Part shown: positions 38,805 to 49,848 of the stretch, in pieces
Layout of the letters: each line of letters begins with the position of its first letter
Position numbering within the stretch: position 1 is the first letter of the stretch
NCBI GenBank assembly: GCA_013239625.1
Contig: MU054843.1
Coordinates: 6,801,184-6,865,183, forward strand
Direction of reading: 5' to 3'
Source: Lama guanicoe
Lineage: Eukaryota
DNA length: 64,000 nucleotides
The notes under the pieces: generated by a model
The model's database searches: none
What the model was told of the DNA's origin: nothing
Seen by the model: only the letters and a program-made list of their open reading frames with translations
Translations under genes and position numbers: made by a program

Positions 38805-39335
38805 TGGTTTAAGACCTATTTTCAGTACACTGATTGTTACTGGGGAATGTNNNNNNNNNNNNNNNNNNNNNNNNNNNNNNNNNNNNNNNNNNNNNNNNNN
38901 NNNNNNNNNNNNNNNNNNNNNNNNNNNNNNNNNNNNNNNNNNNNNNNNNNNNNNNNNNNNNNNNNNNNNNNNNNNNNNNNNNNNNNNNNNNNNNNNNNNN
39001 NNNNNNNNNNNNNNNNNNNNNNNNTCCCCTTCCCCCGGTCCTGGGCAACCACCATTCTACTTTCTGTTTCTATAACTGACCACTNNNNNNNNNNNNNNNN
39101 NNNNNNNNNNNNNNNNNNNNNNNNNNNNNNNNNNNNNNNNNNNNNNNNNNNNNNNNNNNNNNNNNNNNNNNNNNNNNNNNNNNNNNNNNNNNNNNNNNNN
39201 NNNNNNNNNNNNNNNNNNNNNNNNNNNNNNNNNNNNNNNNNNATACTTTGTTTTTCCATTCATCTGTCGATGGACACTTGGGTTGCTTCTACCTCTTGGC
39301 TACTGTGAATAATGCTGCTATGAACATGGGTGTAC
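38805..39335 (-). mobile_element. L1MA/MB-type 3' region containing two N-gaps (38851-39024, 39085-39242)
   Basis: ggcaaccaccattctactttctgtttcta...tccattcatctgtcgatggacacttgggttgcttctacctcttggctactgtgaataatgctgctatgaacatgggtgtac. Confidence 0.8.
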
Positions 39336-39619
39336 TAGCAAATTGCTCTTAATTAAAATAAATCGGTTACGTTCTGTAGTGTTCATTCCAGCTCACAGTC
39401 TTACATTCCTGTTCTCAAGAAAAGCTCACCTTAGTCTCTCTTATGCAGTTATTTACACTTGGAATAAACTTCACCTGTTGACCCATCATGACCAGTTGTA
39501 GCCATTCATCTCACAGCTCCGATGAAGAGGCACTCTGCCTAGGAGGAAACAGGCTCACAGAGGGCTGGCTTTGCAAAACTCATTTTACAAAGTGGTGATA
39601 AGTTGTTTAGGGAGATAAT

Positions 39620-39865
39620 AATAAGCATAGTGATTATAAATGTGGGTCTGGCCTCAGAATCTCAGCTCTAGTACTTACCAGCTGTGTGACCTTCAGAAAG
39701 TTACTTAACCTCTCTAAGCCTCAGTTCCTAACCTCTAAAACAGAGGCAGTGATAATAATAGTACTTACATCCTAGAGTCATGTTGAGAAATAAATGAAAT
39801 AATTCATGTAAAGAATTTAGCATGGTGTCTGGCAAACAGTAAGTGCTCAAGAGTTGTCAGCCTTT
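39620..39865 (+). mobile_element. MIR SINE
   Basis: acttaccagctgtgtgaccttcagaaagttacttaacctctctaagcctcagttcc...atggtgtctggcaaacagtaagtgctcaa. Confidence 0.85.
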
Positions 39866-40134
39866 ATTTTGTGGTTATAGGTCACCCATTCCAACCCCCT
39901 CAACTAAAGATGAAGTCCAAAAGATAAAGCAGCACACACTCCTGCCTTGATAGCCACAGAGCTCTGGATAGCCAGAGGCCCCTTGTCTGACACGAAAACC
40001 CTAGTGATCAGAGATTTACTATCTTTTTAATCATAGAAGTTAGTTTTATTTCAAAACTTTGATAAAAAATATACCACTTAACCTAAAGTTGACCCTTCTA
40101 AGCTCACAGACTTAAAAATAAAAGCTAAGAAACA

Positions 40135-40144
40135 GGAAGTGAAA
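40135..40144 (+). promoter_or_regulatory. ETS-IRF composite element (EICE) motif GGAAGTGAAA
   Basis: aaacaGGAAGTGAAAa in sequence with no recognisable repeat. Motif match only. Confidence 0.4.
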
Positions 40145-40803
40145 ATGTTAAAGATCTGAGCAAAACCAAGTAAACATCACAGACATCTTTCCTGCTAAGA
40201 AAACCCTTGACCTCATCAGTGTGTCTTAAATCTTGTTTAAAATATATTTGTTTTGGGGGTTTTTTTTGTTTGTTTTTTGTTTGTTTTGCTTTTGCATCAA
40301 ATGTGGATCATCACAGCCATCATGCGAAGACAACATTTTAAATAATGATCCATGCCTTTACTTGGCCTTTTCTCAGGCTCTCCTTTGGCATTTCTGCCTT
40401 TGCAATTTTGATTTACTTAGAGTTTAACACTTTGGGGCAGTTCTTGGAATAGTAGTCCAAGATTTCAGGGCAACTAGGGGCCACATTAGTATAGAATCGA
40501 GAACTTTTCCCTCCATCACCCTGCTCCTGAGCTACTCCCAGTCCCAGAGAGGAGCCTCCTTGCTCCAGTGTCCTCTTCAAGCCCTTTGACCATGGCACCT
40601 TCCAAGTACATTGTGTGCTTCCTCTAGCAGTCCTGGACAATTTAAGAAGCCTGTTTGGCCCTCCTTCTTTGATCAGATTTACATTACATAATAGCTAGGT
40701 TTCACAATGAAAAGCAAGGTTAAAGACTTCTTTCTTTCCCAAGTCATGCTGCTTTGCTCTATTCACTGGTGATACCCTCAGCCCAAGAACCACCCAGCAC
40801 ATG

Positions 40804-40985
40804 AGTAGTTAGCAACCCTGGCTGTGCATTAGAATCCCCTGCAGCACTTTACTGGAAAACTGTGGATGCCTGGAGGTCACCCTAGACCATCTGAAGATGA
40901 ATTTCTGGTGATAGAATACAGATTTCAGCAGTTCTCAGGAGTTCTGCAAGTGACTGTGATAGATAGAGAGGTTGGCTAGGTCTGC
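40804..40985. mobile_element. MER5-type hAT-Charlie MITE (degenerate)
   Basis: caaccctggctgtgcattagaatcccctg...gatgcctggaggtcaccctagacc. Confidence 0.6.
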
Positions 40986-41544
40986 CCTAACCAAAGCTGG
41001 ACATCAGAGTACAGCACCATGCTCCAGGGTAGGCCACACTCAAATAAAGGGCAGAATCCTTCAAGCCTCACCACTGATTCTGTAAGTAACTCCAATTCAC
41101 CAGAAAAGAGGAAGAGGTCCTTCCCCAGCTCATCTAGAAGTCAAACTTGCACCACCCATTTCTAGCTGGGGCTACTGAAGTCTTGATCCCGCCCTCCAGC
41201 CAACTTCACACCCTGAGTACTCACCTCCTCTGGCCGAGCTCTGCTTCCAGTCTGTCTGCTCTGACTACACTAGCACAGTTAGACTTTACTGAAGAGTAAG
41301 CCCAGTCAGAAAGAATCATATTCAGTCGTGGCTCTTAGGGGATCTCAGGGGCCACAAGTAGGGTTTTCTATGAGCAGCAGGACCAATAAACATGAAGCAG
41401 TCAAGATCGAGAGGGCAGGCAGACCACTGAGCCGGGTATCGAGGCAAACAAGCTGGAGGTGTTCAACAGTAAGAACACATAGGAGGTCATCCCGGTACAA
41501 GCAGAGTGGCAGACAAAGCCAAGCAGAGACTGCACTTAGAAGGA

Positions 41545-41800
41545 GGGCAGCGCGGTGGGTACACAGTTGGGCTCTGGTGGTAAACTGCATGGATTGAACC
41601 CTGGCTCTGATCCATGATTTGGGACAAGCAAAACAAAACAAAACAAAATGAAACAAAAAACAAACAAAGCTCCCTAAGCCTCAGTTCTTTCATTTGCATA
41701 GTGGGAGCAGTATTACCTCTCTCACTGGGTTACATGAGAGAGTAAGTGTGAGGACTAGCACAGCAGCTGGTACTCAGTCAAATGTTAGCAATATTATTAT
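41545..41800 (+). mobile_element. MIR SINE with an internal (CAAAA)n tract
   Basis: ggattgaaccctggctctg...ccctaagcctcagttctttcatttgcatagtggga...agctggtactcagtcaaatgttagc. Confidence 0.7.
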
Positions 41801-44800
41801 AAGAAAAAGAGGCAGCTCCTAGAACCCAAGACAGAGGCTTAGTCAGAAGGAAATAAGGCAAAAGGCCAGTTACAAGTCAGATCAAGCCCAGTAGAAAGAG
41901 AAACCAGGTCACCACGATGGCAATAGACTGGAACTCTCAGCTCTAGCTTCTTTGTAGAAGCAAGGTTGGCTGCAGAGCCTTGGGCAGACCAGGCAGCTGT
42001 GGCCTCAGCTGCAGAGGTTAGAGGCCTGGAGGTAAGGGAGCCAAGCTGACCGGTACAGTGATGGGCTTGACACAGGTTCAAAGCTGAGAGCACTCTCTGG
42101 GACTCCTAGAGGCCACTTTCCTTTCAATCCCAGGCCCTTCCCAGTGTGGTCCTTACCTTTAGGAATTACTTTAAAAAAATAGTAACTCCTAGTATTTTCT
42201 ACCTCCAGTTGCAGGTTCCCACTCTTGCCCTGGCCAGTGACCTCCCTGCTGTTCTCCAGCTCTCCAGTCATTTTACTTTCTCTAGCACCTCCCCTGTTTT
42301 GCTCAGTCTCCCCTCCAGGCTTCATTCTAGGCCCTTTAAACAGGCCCACGGAGTCCCCAGAGTCCAAAAGAAGGCTTTCTTCCCTACCCTTTGTCCCTAC
42401 GCCCACCCGGTCCCACACCCTGCCCACCCCCAACCAGCCAGGGTCTTATTAGCCTCCAACTCCACCCTATAAAGCCTTCATTTAGGAATCCTCATACATA
42501 TTCCCATGTTAATAACACCCACCATCTTCCCTGGAAAGTTCCCATTTGCTCTTCCTTAAGCACTCAAAATATAGTGAGACTTCACATTCATGTCTTAACA
42601 CAGAAACCTCTGTCCTGCTGGCTCTTCACTGTCATTGGGGGCGAGGGAAGCATTTGACAATACTCTGAAAACAAACCGAATCAGGAAGTGGATAAATGGG
42701 GACATTTTTATAAACATGTTTGTTTCTGACCTTCTCTCCTCCTCCTCTCCAAAGCTGATAAACTCATTGGATTGGACCAGCACTCTGCTTCTCTTTGCTG
42801 CAGAGATATTTGGAGTCTGTCTCTGATACAGACCAACAGACCTGTCCTCTTCCAGGGGAAACTTGAAACTTTAACCCTGTTTGGCCATTTCACAAATTCA
42901 TTATAGAGCAGTTATAGATCTGTAATAAGGGGAACCAAGCAAGAGAGCCCAGGTGGAGCCATCCAAGGGCATTGGTGTGGCTAAACATGAACAGGCCCCG
43001 TGGTAGAAGGCCAAGAGGTAATTATCCCCCTGGCAGAAAGTACTCCTAATCTGTGCCTGCAGGGATCGATCTGCTGCTTATTTTCTGCACTTATGCGTAG
43101 GAACCAAGGAGGAAAATTGAATAATGATATTGTGGTCAGCTGCCCTCTTGGGTTAGGCTGTATTGGAAGAACATTCCCATTTTATAAAGATACCAACTCT
43201 TGGACTATTTTCAGAGCTGAAGAGACCTCAGGAATACTCTCTCCCATGGCTTCATTTTACAGTTGAAGAAACTGAGACCTTGAGAAGTAAATGGACCCAC
43301 CAAGGGTCACCAGAGCAGAACAGGAACCAACTTCTCTCTTCCTACAGTCTGTTCATTGCACCACTATGCCACAAACAGCTTCATCTTGGCTATTTACAAA
43401 ATATATTTTTTAAAAATGTAAATATACAGCAGGGACTGAATGAGAACATGAATGGATTTTTTTTCCTTGAAAAGAATTTGTAATGTACAGTGTTTTTACA
43501 AGTAGATATATGCACCTGGTTGTCCTTAGAAAATGAGAAAGTACTAAGGATCAAAAGACTTATTCAGTTTTAGAGAAGAAAAGAGGAAGAGAGTCATGGG
43601 GAGGAGTGGTATGGAGAAAAGCAAAGTGAGAGGTTTAAATAGTACTGAGATTGAATGTAGGATAAAGGAGGGAAGAATGGGGCTGAAAAAGACCCTCCAA
43701 GGAAGAAAGATATGAGAGATCAGGAGAGAAGGAAGACTCCAGAGAATCCTGAGGAAGTACTTTAAATGGTAAAGTGTGAGAATTCTTAACGTTAGAGATT
43801 TAAAATATTGTGAGGAATGGAAAAGAACAACCAGGTGGGGGTGGGGAGATGACCTCTGTTAAGCAGATGTGATTTACATATTTTCTCATTTAATTCTCAC
43901 AAAAATACCATGAGAGATTACTATTATATTCATTTTGCCAATGAGAAACTCAGAGAAGTTAATTTATCTTTATCTATGGCTACGAGACTAAAATGTAGTA
44001 AAGCCACGATTCTATTCAGGATTGACACCAAAATCCATCTAACAATCTAGGTCATGGCTTCCTTTTTATTGGAAACTGTAACACAAGTTACAGTGCAGAG
44101 GTAAAATCTTATAGCTACATTTGAAAAATAGCATCCACATGTCATATTAATGCATCTAACATCACAACCTGGAAATGCTCTATTCTATTAACTTTAACTT
44201 TGGGCCAGAAGAGTCATCTCCAAGCATTACAGGAACTTGAACTTGGGTTTAGGGCAAAAGAATGACCAATTTGGGAGGTCCCTTAAATTGCCCAAGTGAT
44301 TTAAAAAAAAAAAAAGGCTTTATCAAGGGTTCATATTTCCATTTCAAAGTAAGACAATGTGAGTCCTCACCTAGCAACCAGAATTTTTTTCCTAACTCAT
44401 TTCAATTCAGATTAGGTATCAAAAGTCCTAGTACATATTCAGTTTCAATTCCTTCATTCTTATGTATTTGTTAAAGTTTGATCATATTTTCAGCATATTT
44501 TAGCTCCAAAAATTTTAATAGTCCCTCTAGTAAGAATATACTACTGGATAGCCACATACTGGAAAAATGCCAAAGAACTGATTAAAAGTTCAGATTCCCT
44601 TGCAAGTTTATTCTGTTCCAAGGAAAATGGGCATATGATAGTAACTTCTTTAGGAGGTATGTTTTGCTTTCTCTTATGATTACTACCAGCTGGAAATTAA
44701 TTTTCATGATCTCATGTGCAGTTTCTTTTGTTCTGTAGATCACTTCCTAATCTCCTCCCCCAACAAAAGTATTTTAATATCAAAATAACTGAACTAATGT

Positions 44801-45801
44801 TATTTTTTTAAGGTCTTAACATAAAAGAGTTTTAACTGTTACAGGAGGTTGATTTTTAACAGATTTTGTTGACTTCAATAGATGAATTATAACTTTAAAT
44901 GACAGTGAAGAAGTGGGGAAGGGATTAAAGAGAAAAAGAAAGTATAAGAAAGGAATTTCCTCAGCAAGACAGTTTTTGTTAATTTTTTAACCCAAGATTG
45001 AATTCACTTTTTATTCATTTCTACATTAGATTATAAACAACACGTTCTGAGGTGTTGTTTTTAGATGTTTTTAATTTGTGTAGTCTAATACACAACCTAA
45101 CATTTTTCCATTTAAAGCATGACAATGATTAAAAACAAAATCAAAACAAAACCTTTTTCCTGTTCTGTTTAAGGTGGGTGGATCAAAGAATGTCTGGGTA
45201 GATAAGAGAGCTTCAGATACCAGGCAGCCCCAGTTACTGAGAAGAATAAAAAGGAGGGCTCTTACAGTCATGGCTGTAAACAGTTTCTTGCCCAAGAAGG
45301 TGAGAGAATTCTCCAAACAACTGTTGGTAAATGTTCGATTCAGTTTGCTACATTTCACATCTTCACAGTCTTCAAAGGCAACAAATTTGAAACTTTATCT
45401 GGTAGGAAGGTTTTGAAACTCAAGTTCCATTTATCCTCAGCCAAGTCCAGCAGTCTGGTTCCTGGGGTGGGGACGAGAAGGGTCAAACTGTTGAAATAGT
45501 TTCTGATGATTTCCTCATCACTTGAAGCACCCCAGAGAAGGAATTTAAAATGTTTGTTGTTGTTTTAAGTATGGGTCTGAAATACAACTTTAAAAAGCAT
45601 TTTGTTTTATGTTGTGTTTCAGGAGCCAAGGGCCAAGGTGATTCTGTAAATTGAGTCTCACCTTTCTTTTTGGGTAACTTCTGTTTAGTTGGTTTGCTTG
45701 GTTAGTTCGTTGGTTTTGTCTTTATTCTGGGCACATTGATGCTTTGAAAAAAAAATGAGACCTGTTAGCAAGGAGAAAAGGAAGAAGAGCTTTTGAGTAG
45801 G

Positions 45802-46385
45802 TGTATTAGTTATTAGTTAACAAATTACTCCCCAAACTTCCAGCTTAAAGTAATCAGCATGTATTATTTCACATAGTTTCTGAGGAAGAAGAATGCAGAA
45901 GCACCTACCTGGTGTTCTGGCCCAGAGTTGCTCTTGAAATTACAGTCAAGCTGTCAGCCAGGGCTGCAGTCACCTGAAAGGTCAAGATCCATTTCAAGTA
46001 CATGCACATGGTGTTTGACAGGTCTTGGTTCCTTGCTGATGTTAGTTAGAAGCTTTATTTCCTTACCATGTGGGCCTCTGCATGAGATTGCTCACAAGAG
46101 GGCTTGCTTCCCCCAGTGTAAGTGATCTAAGAGAGAGAAAGAGAGACAGAGACAGAGAGACAGAGTAAGAGCAAGAGAGAGACAGATCAAAAGACAGACA
46201 CAACATGCCCAAGATGGAAGTCACAGTCTTTCATAGCCTAATCTTAGAAATGACATTCCTTCACTTCTGCTTTTCCTTATTGGTCACACAGACCACCCTG
46301 GCACATGGTAGCAGGGGCTTACTTGAAGGTATGGATACCAGGAGAGAAAGACTGTTGGGGGCCATCTTGGAGGCTGGCTACCACA
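45802..46385 (-). mobile_element. MaLR solo LTR (MLT1F-like)
   Basis: tgtattagttatt...aacaaattactccccaaactt...cagtcaagctgtcagccagggctgcagtcacctgaa...ggggccatcttggaggctggctaccaca. Confidence 0.85.
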
Positions 46386-47666
46386 GAAGACAACTAGCAA
46401 TATCTGCCAGACATTGACCCCTTAATTTATATTTCATACACCATTGTTGAGATTGCACATAGCCACACTACTTGGGACACTTAACAAATACTTATTGAAC
46501 GAGTGAGTTGAGAGACACACAGCTCAAGCTACAACATCATGCTGCTCTTTCAGCCAACAATTGGCAACATAACCATTTTATTAGGACTTCAGCATTTCTT
46601 TCTGCAAATATTTCATTGGAGTGATTTTCAAATGATGGTCCCAGGTGGAGTCCCTAGAAAGTATCTCCTCAACCCCTTTTTGGATTAATTAGAACAACGA
46701 TTCTTCAGCCAAAAAAAAAAAAAGCAGGGAGGGAGGTGAAACTAAACCTTTCTTATGCTTTTTGCCTATGTTATTTTAAACAAAAATATTAGAAAATGAA
46801 AAAAATGAAAGTGTGGGTAGTGCTAAAAAATTTAATACAATCAAAGGAGGAATAGAAATCCTCAGAAAGCCAAAAGGAGTAAATCATTAATGTCAATTCA
46901 AACATTAGTTTTAAGCTGGTTCACTTTGGATTCAATTATATAAAACATATGCTTGCAGGTGCACACAAAAGACAAGGAAAAAATCTGCAAAAATCTAAAA
47001 GTATGCAATTGGAGATTGTGCCTTAAAAGTAAGGTAAAATTAGAATTAAAAAAAAATTTCTAGCTTTTGAGGAGTGAGGAACTTCTCAGAACATATGAGC
47101 TTGTCTTTTGATCTTTGTGTCAGACTTGCCTATTAGATTTGGGGTACAAATCACATAGAGAAGTAGAACCTTTCTTGCCTGTATGCCCCTAAATTTTTCT
47201 AGATTTATCATCCCATATCTAAAACTCACCACATTTCAGTGTCTAGCCAGACCCTAATCAAATACTGAAAGTGTTGATTTGGGGCCCTTTAAAATCATTG
47301 GGCTATGGCCTCACCTTAAGCCAAAAAGGATATTTGGGTTTCTATCAAAGTAGCCTTTCTTCATCAAAGTGCTCAAAAATCACAAGTATCTCAAGTATCT
47401 TCTAAATGAGCTCTGTTTTGTGTGTTCTGCTTCACATAAGGCAAGGTCATTTGCTTTACCACTAGCTCCATGTCTTAGTTTGTTGATATTTCAATTGACT
47501 TTAAAGAATTTGAATATCTACACATCGACTACAACATTTCATTAAGGTGTGTCATATCCTGTTAACTATTCCCATAGAAAGGGATAATGAAAAAATTAAG
47601 GAATTAGCCTCCACTTATGAAGAAAACAAAGAGCTTAACTATTGAATTATGCTACCTAAAAGTGAA

Positions 47667-48077
47667 TGTTACGGATTTAATTGTGTCACACACCCCCACC
47701 CCAAAGATACATGTTGAAATCCTAACCCCACTATCTCAATATGTGACCTTACTTAGAAATAGAGTCATCGATGTAATTAGTTAAGATGAGGCTGTACTGG
47801 GAGTAGGCTGGGCTCCTATCCAATATGACTGGTGTCCTTAGAAGAAGGCAGCCATTTGAAGATGGAGAGTTAGTTTGCAACTACAAACCAAGGAATGCCT
47901 GGGGCTACCAGAATCTAAGACAGCAAAGAACAGATTCTCCCTCAGAGCCCTCAGGAGAAACTAAGCCTGCCCACACCTTGATTTTATGTTTCTCTCCTCC
48001 AAAACTGTGAAAAGATCAATTTCTGTTGATTAAGTCCCTCTGGTTGTGGTACTTTGCAGCCCTCGCAGACTAATACA
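47667..48077 (+). mobile_element. MaLR solo LTR (MLT1B/C-like)
   Basis: TG...CA ends (tgttacggatttaattgtgtc...gactaataca). 5-bp TSD gtgaa / gtgag. Confidence 0.88.
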
Positions 48078-48179
48078 GTGAGCTAGGCTCTTACTACTCT
48101 AGTCCAGTTCCCCCAGTGCCTTTCAGTTAACTCCCGGGCTGCTCTGGGCGGACTACTGAAAGCCCCCAAGCAGCTCCAC

Positions 48180-48477
48180 TGCCCTCAGTAGGGCTCACAG
48201 GCTGCTGCCCGCTTTGCAGACAGGTTTTATTTTGCCTGTTTATTTGTTTTAAAACATTATTTTGGTTCCAATTTGTAAAGTTGAGAGACTTGCCATTAAA
48301 ATCTGGATTCCAGCTTCTCTTGAAAAATTAGAAAATCTGGTAGCAAACTCAAACTCAGTAGGACTCTAGTCCTCCTTTCTGCATGTTATCTTATCTGCCT
48401 TGAGTTATAGTTATTTTTATACCTGCTTGATCCTCTTCCAAACTTAAATGAGTCTCACTTATCTATTCATCCCCTAC
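48180..48477 (+). mobile_element. MER102-type (Charlie8-derived) MITE
   Basis: ttttattttgcctg...aaaatctggattccagcttctcttgaaaaattagaaaatctggtagca. Confidence 0.6.
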
Positions 48478-48479
48478 CA

Positions 48480-48665
48480 CGGTGGTTCTCAAACTTCAGC
48501 AGGCATCAGAATCACCTGGAAGTCTTCTGAAAACCCAGATTGCTGGGCCCCTTCCCAGAGTTTCTGATGCAGCAGGTCTGTGGGAAAGCCAGTGATTTGC
48601 ATTTCTAGGATTTCCCAGGTGACACTGCAGCTGCTGGACCCAGGACCACGATTGAGACTGGCTGC
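48480..48665. mobile_element. MER5A MITE
   Basis: gtggttctcaaacttcagcaggcatcagaatcacctgga...cagattgctgggcccc...cagagtttctgat...tttgcatttcta...gaccacgattgaga. Confidence 0.85.
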
Positions 48666-48719
48666 CCTACAACATGATGTAGAGCCTTGCACATAAAATG
48701 GGCTCATTGCATAGAGATT

Positions 48720-48950
48720 GCATAGAGATTAAGAGCACACAAATACTGTTTGCAACTTCCAGTTTCATCACTCATGATGACTTTGTACAAGTTACCAAAT
48801 GTCCTTGTACCTTTAGATCCTTGCCTGTATAATGAGAAAAATAATAGAACCTGCATAGATCAAAAGATTGCTGTCAATATTAAATGAGATAATATATGTG
48901 AAATAGCACAGCTGACAGTGCTCAGCAAACATTGGCTGTTATTACTATTT
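48720..48950 (+). mobile_element. MIR SINE
   Basis: tgactttgtacaagttacc...ctgtataatgagaaaaataatag...attaaatgagataatatatgtgaaa. Confidence 0.65.
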
Positions 48951-49357
48951 ATTAATTCTCTCCTTTCCTAGTCAGTTCGAAGTCAGAGTCTTCCTCTCAT
49001 TTTTCTTTATGTAACCACCCCTGGACCATCACCAATATCTGAAGCTGTGCCTTGCACGTAACATGTACTGAGTAAATATTTCCCAAATGAATAAAGAAAC
49101 GTAACACATTCACGTTGCATAGACTGAATGTCAAGTAGGAGAACCAAGCTCAGTCAATACTTTTCTAGAGACCTTATCATTCCAACACAAAGAGGAATTA
49201 AAATGGGTATTCTTACATTAAAGTATGAACTCGGAGATGATTGGTAACTGAAATAATTCCCCAAGGGACATTAACAGATAGCCTTTTGCACACAGACTCT
49301 GTGCTTACTCAGCCATTGAATCAGGCCTCGTAAATGTTAAACCTCAGGTTGATACGA

Positions 49358-49848
49358 TATCAGTTAGAAATTGCACGTGGCTACTCGTGACAGAGACACC
49401 AAAAATAATGACCCAAACACAAAGGTGGTTTCTCTCAATAAGGAAAAACCAGAGGAGGCAGGTCAGGGCTGGTGTGACAACTCAGCAAAATCTTCAGGGA
49501 CTGAGGCACCTCCTCTCTTCCTGCTCCACATCTCAGTTCTCAGCTCTGTCTTCAAGGTCACCTCGGCATCCAGGATGGCTAATTGGGGCGCTAGACTCTT
49601 ATCAGCTTCCCAGCCAGCAGGGAGATGGCAAGAGCAAGTGTCCTCCCTCCCTTTTCAGAAGGCTTCCTGGAAGTCCCACAGAATACTCTGCCCCAGTCCA
49701 GTCAGTCAGAACCTGCTCACACGGCCACACCTACCTTAAGGGAAACTTGATCTTTGAGCTGAACGCATTGCTGCCCCAGAAAGGCCAGTTTCTGCTATTA
49801 GTAAGGAGGGAGAGCATATTTAGAGTCGTCAGTGTGTCTGCAACAGCT
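49358..49848 (-). mobile_element. Old MaLR LTR (MLT1J/K-like)
   Basis: tatcagttagaaattgc...gtgacagagacaccaaaaataatg...caggatggct...ctcacacggccacacctacc. Confidence 0.6.

Noticed and set aside
9381-47091. Scattered GAS (TTCNNNGAA) and AP-1 (TGASTCA) motifs
   Set aside because: Their numbers are compatible with chance in 64 kb.
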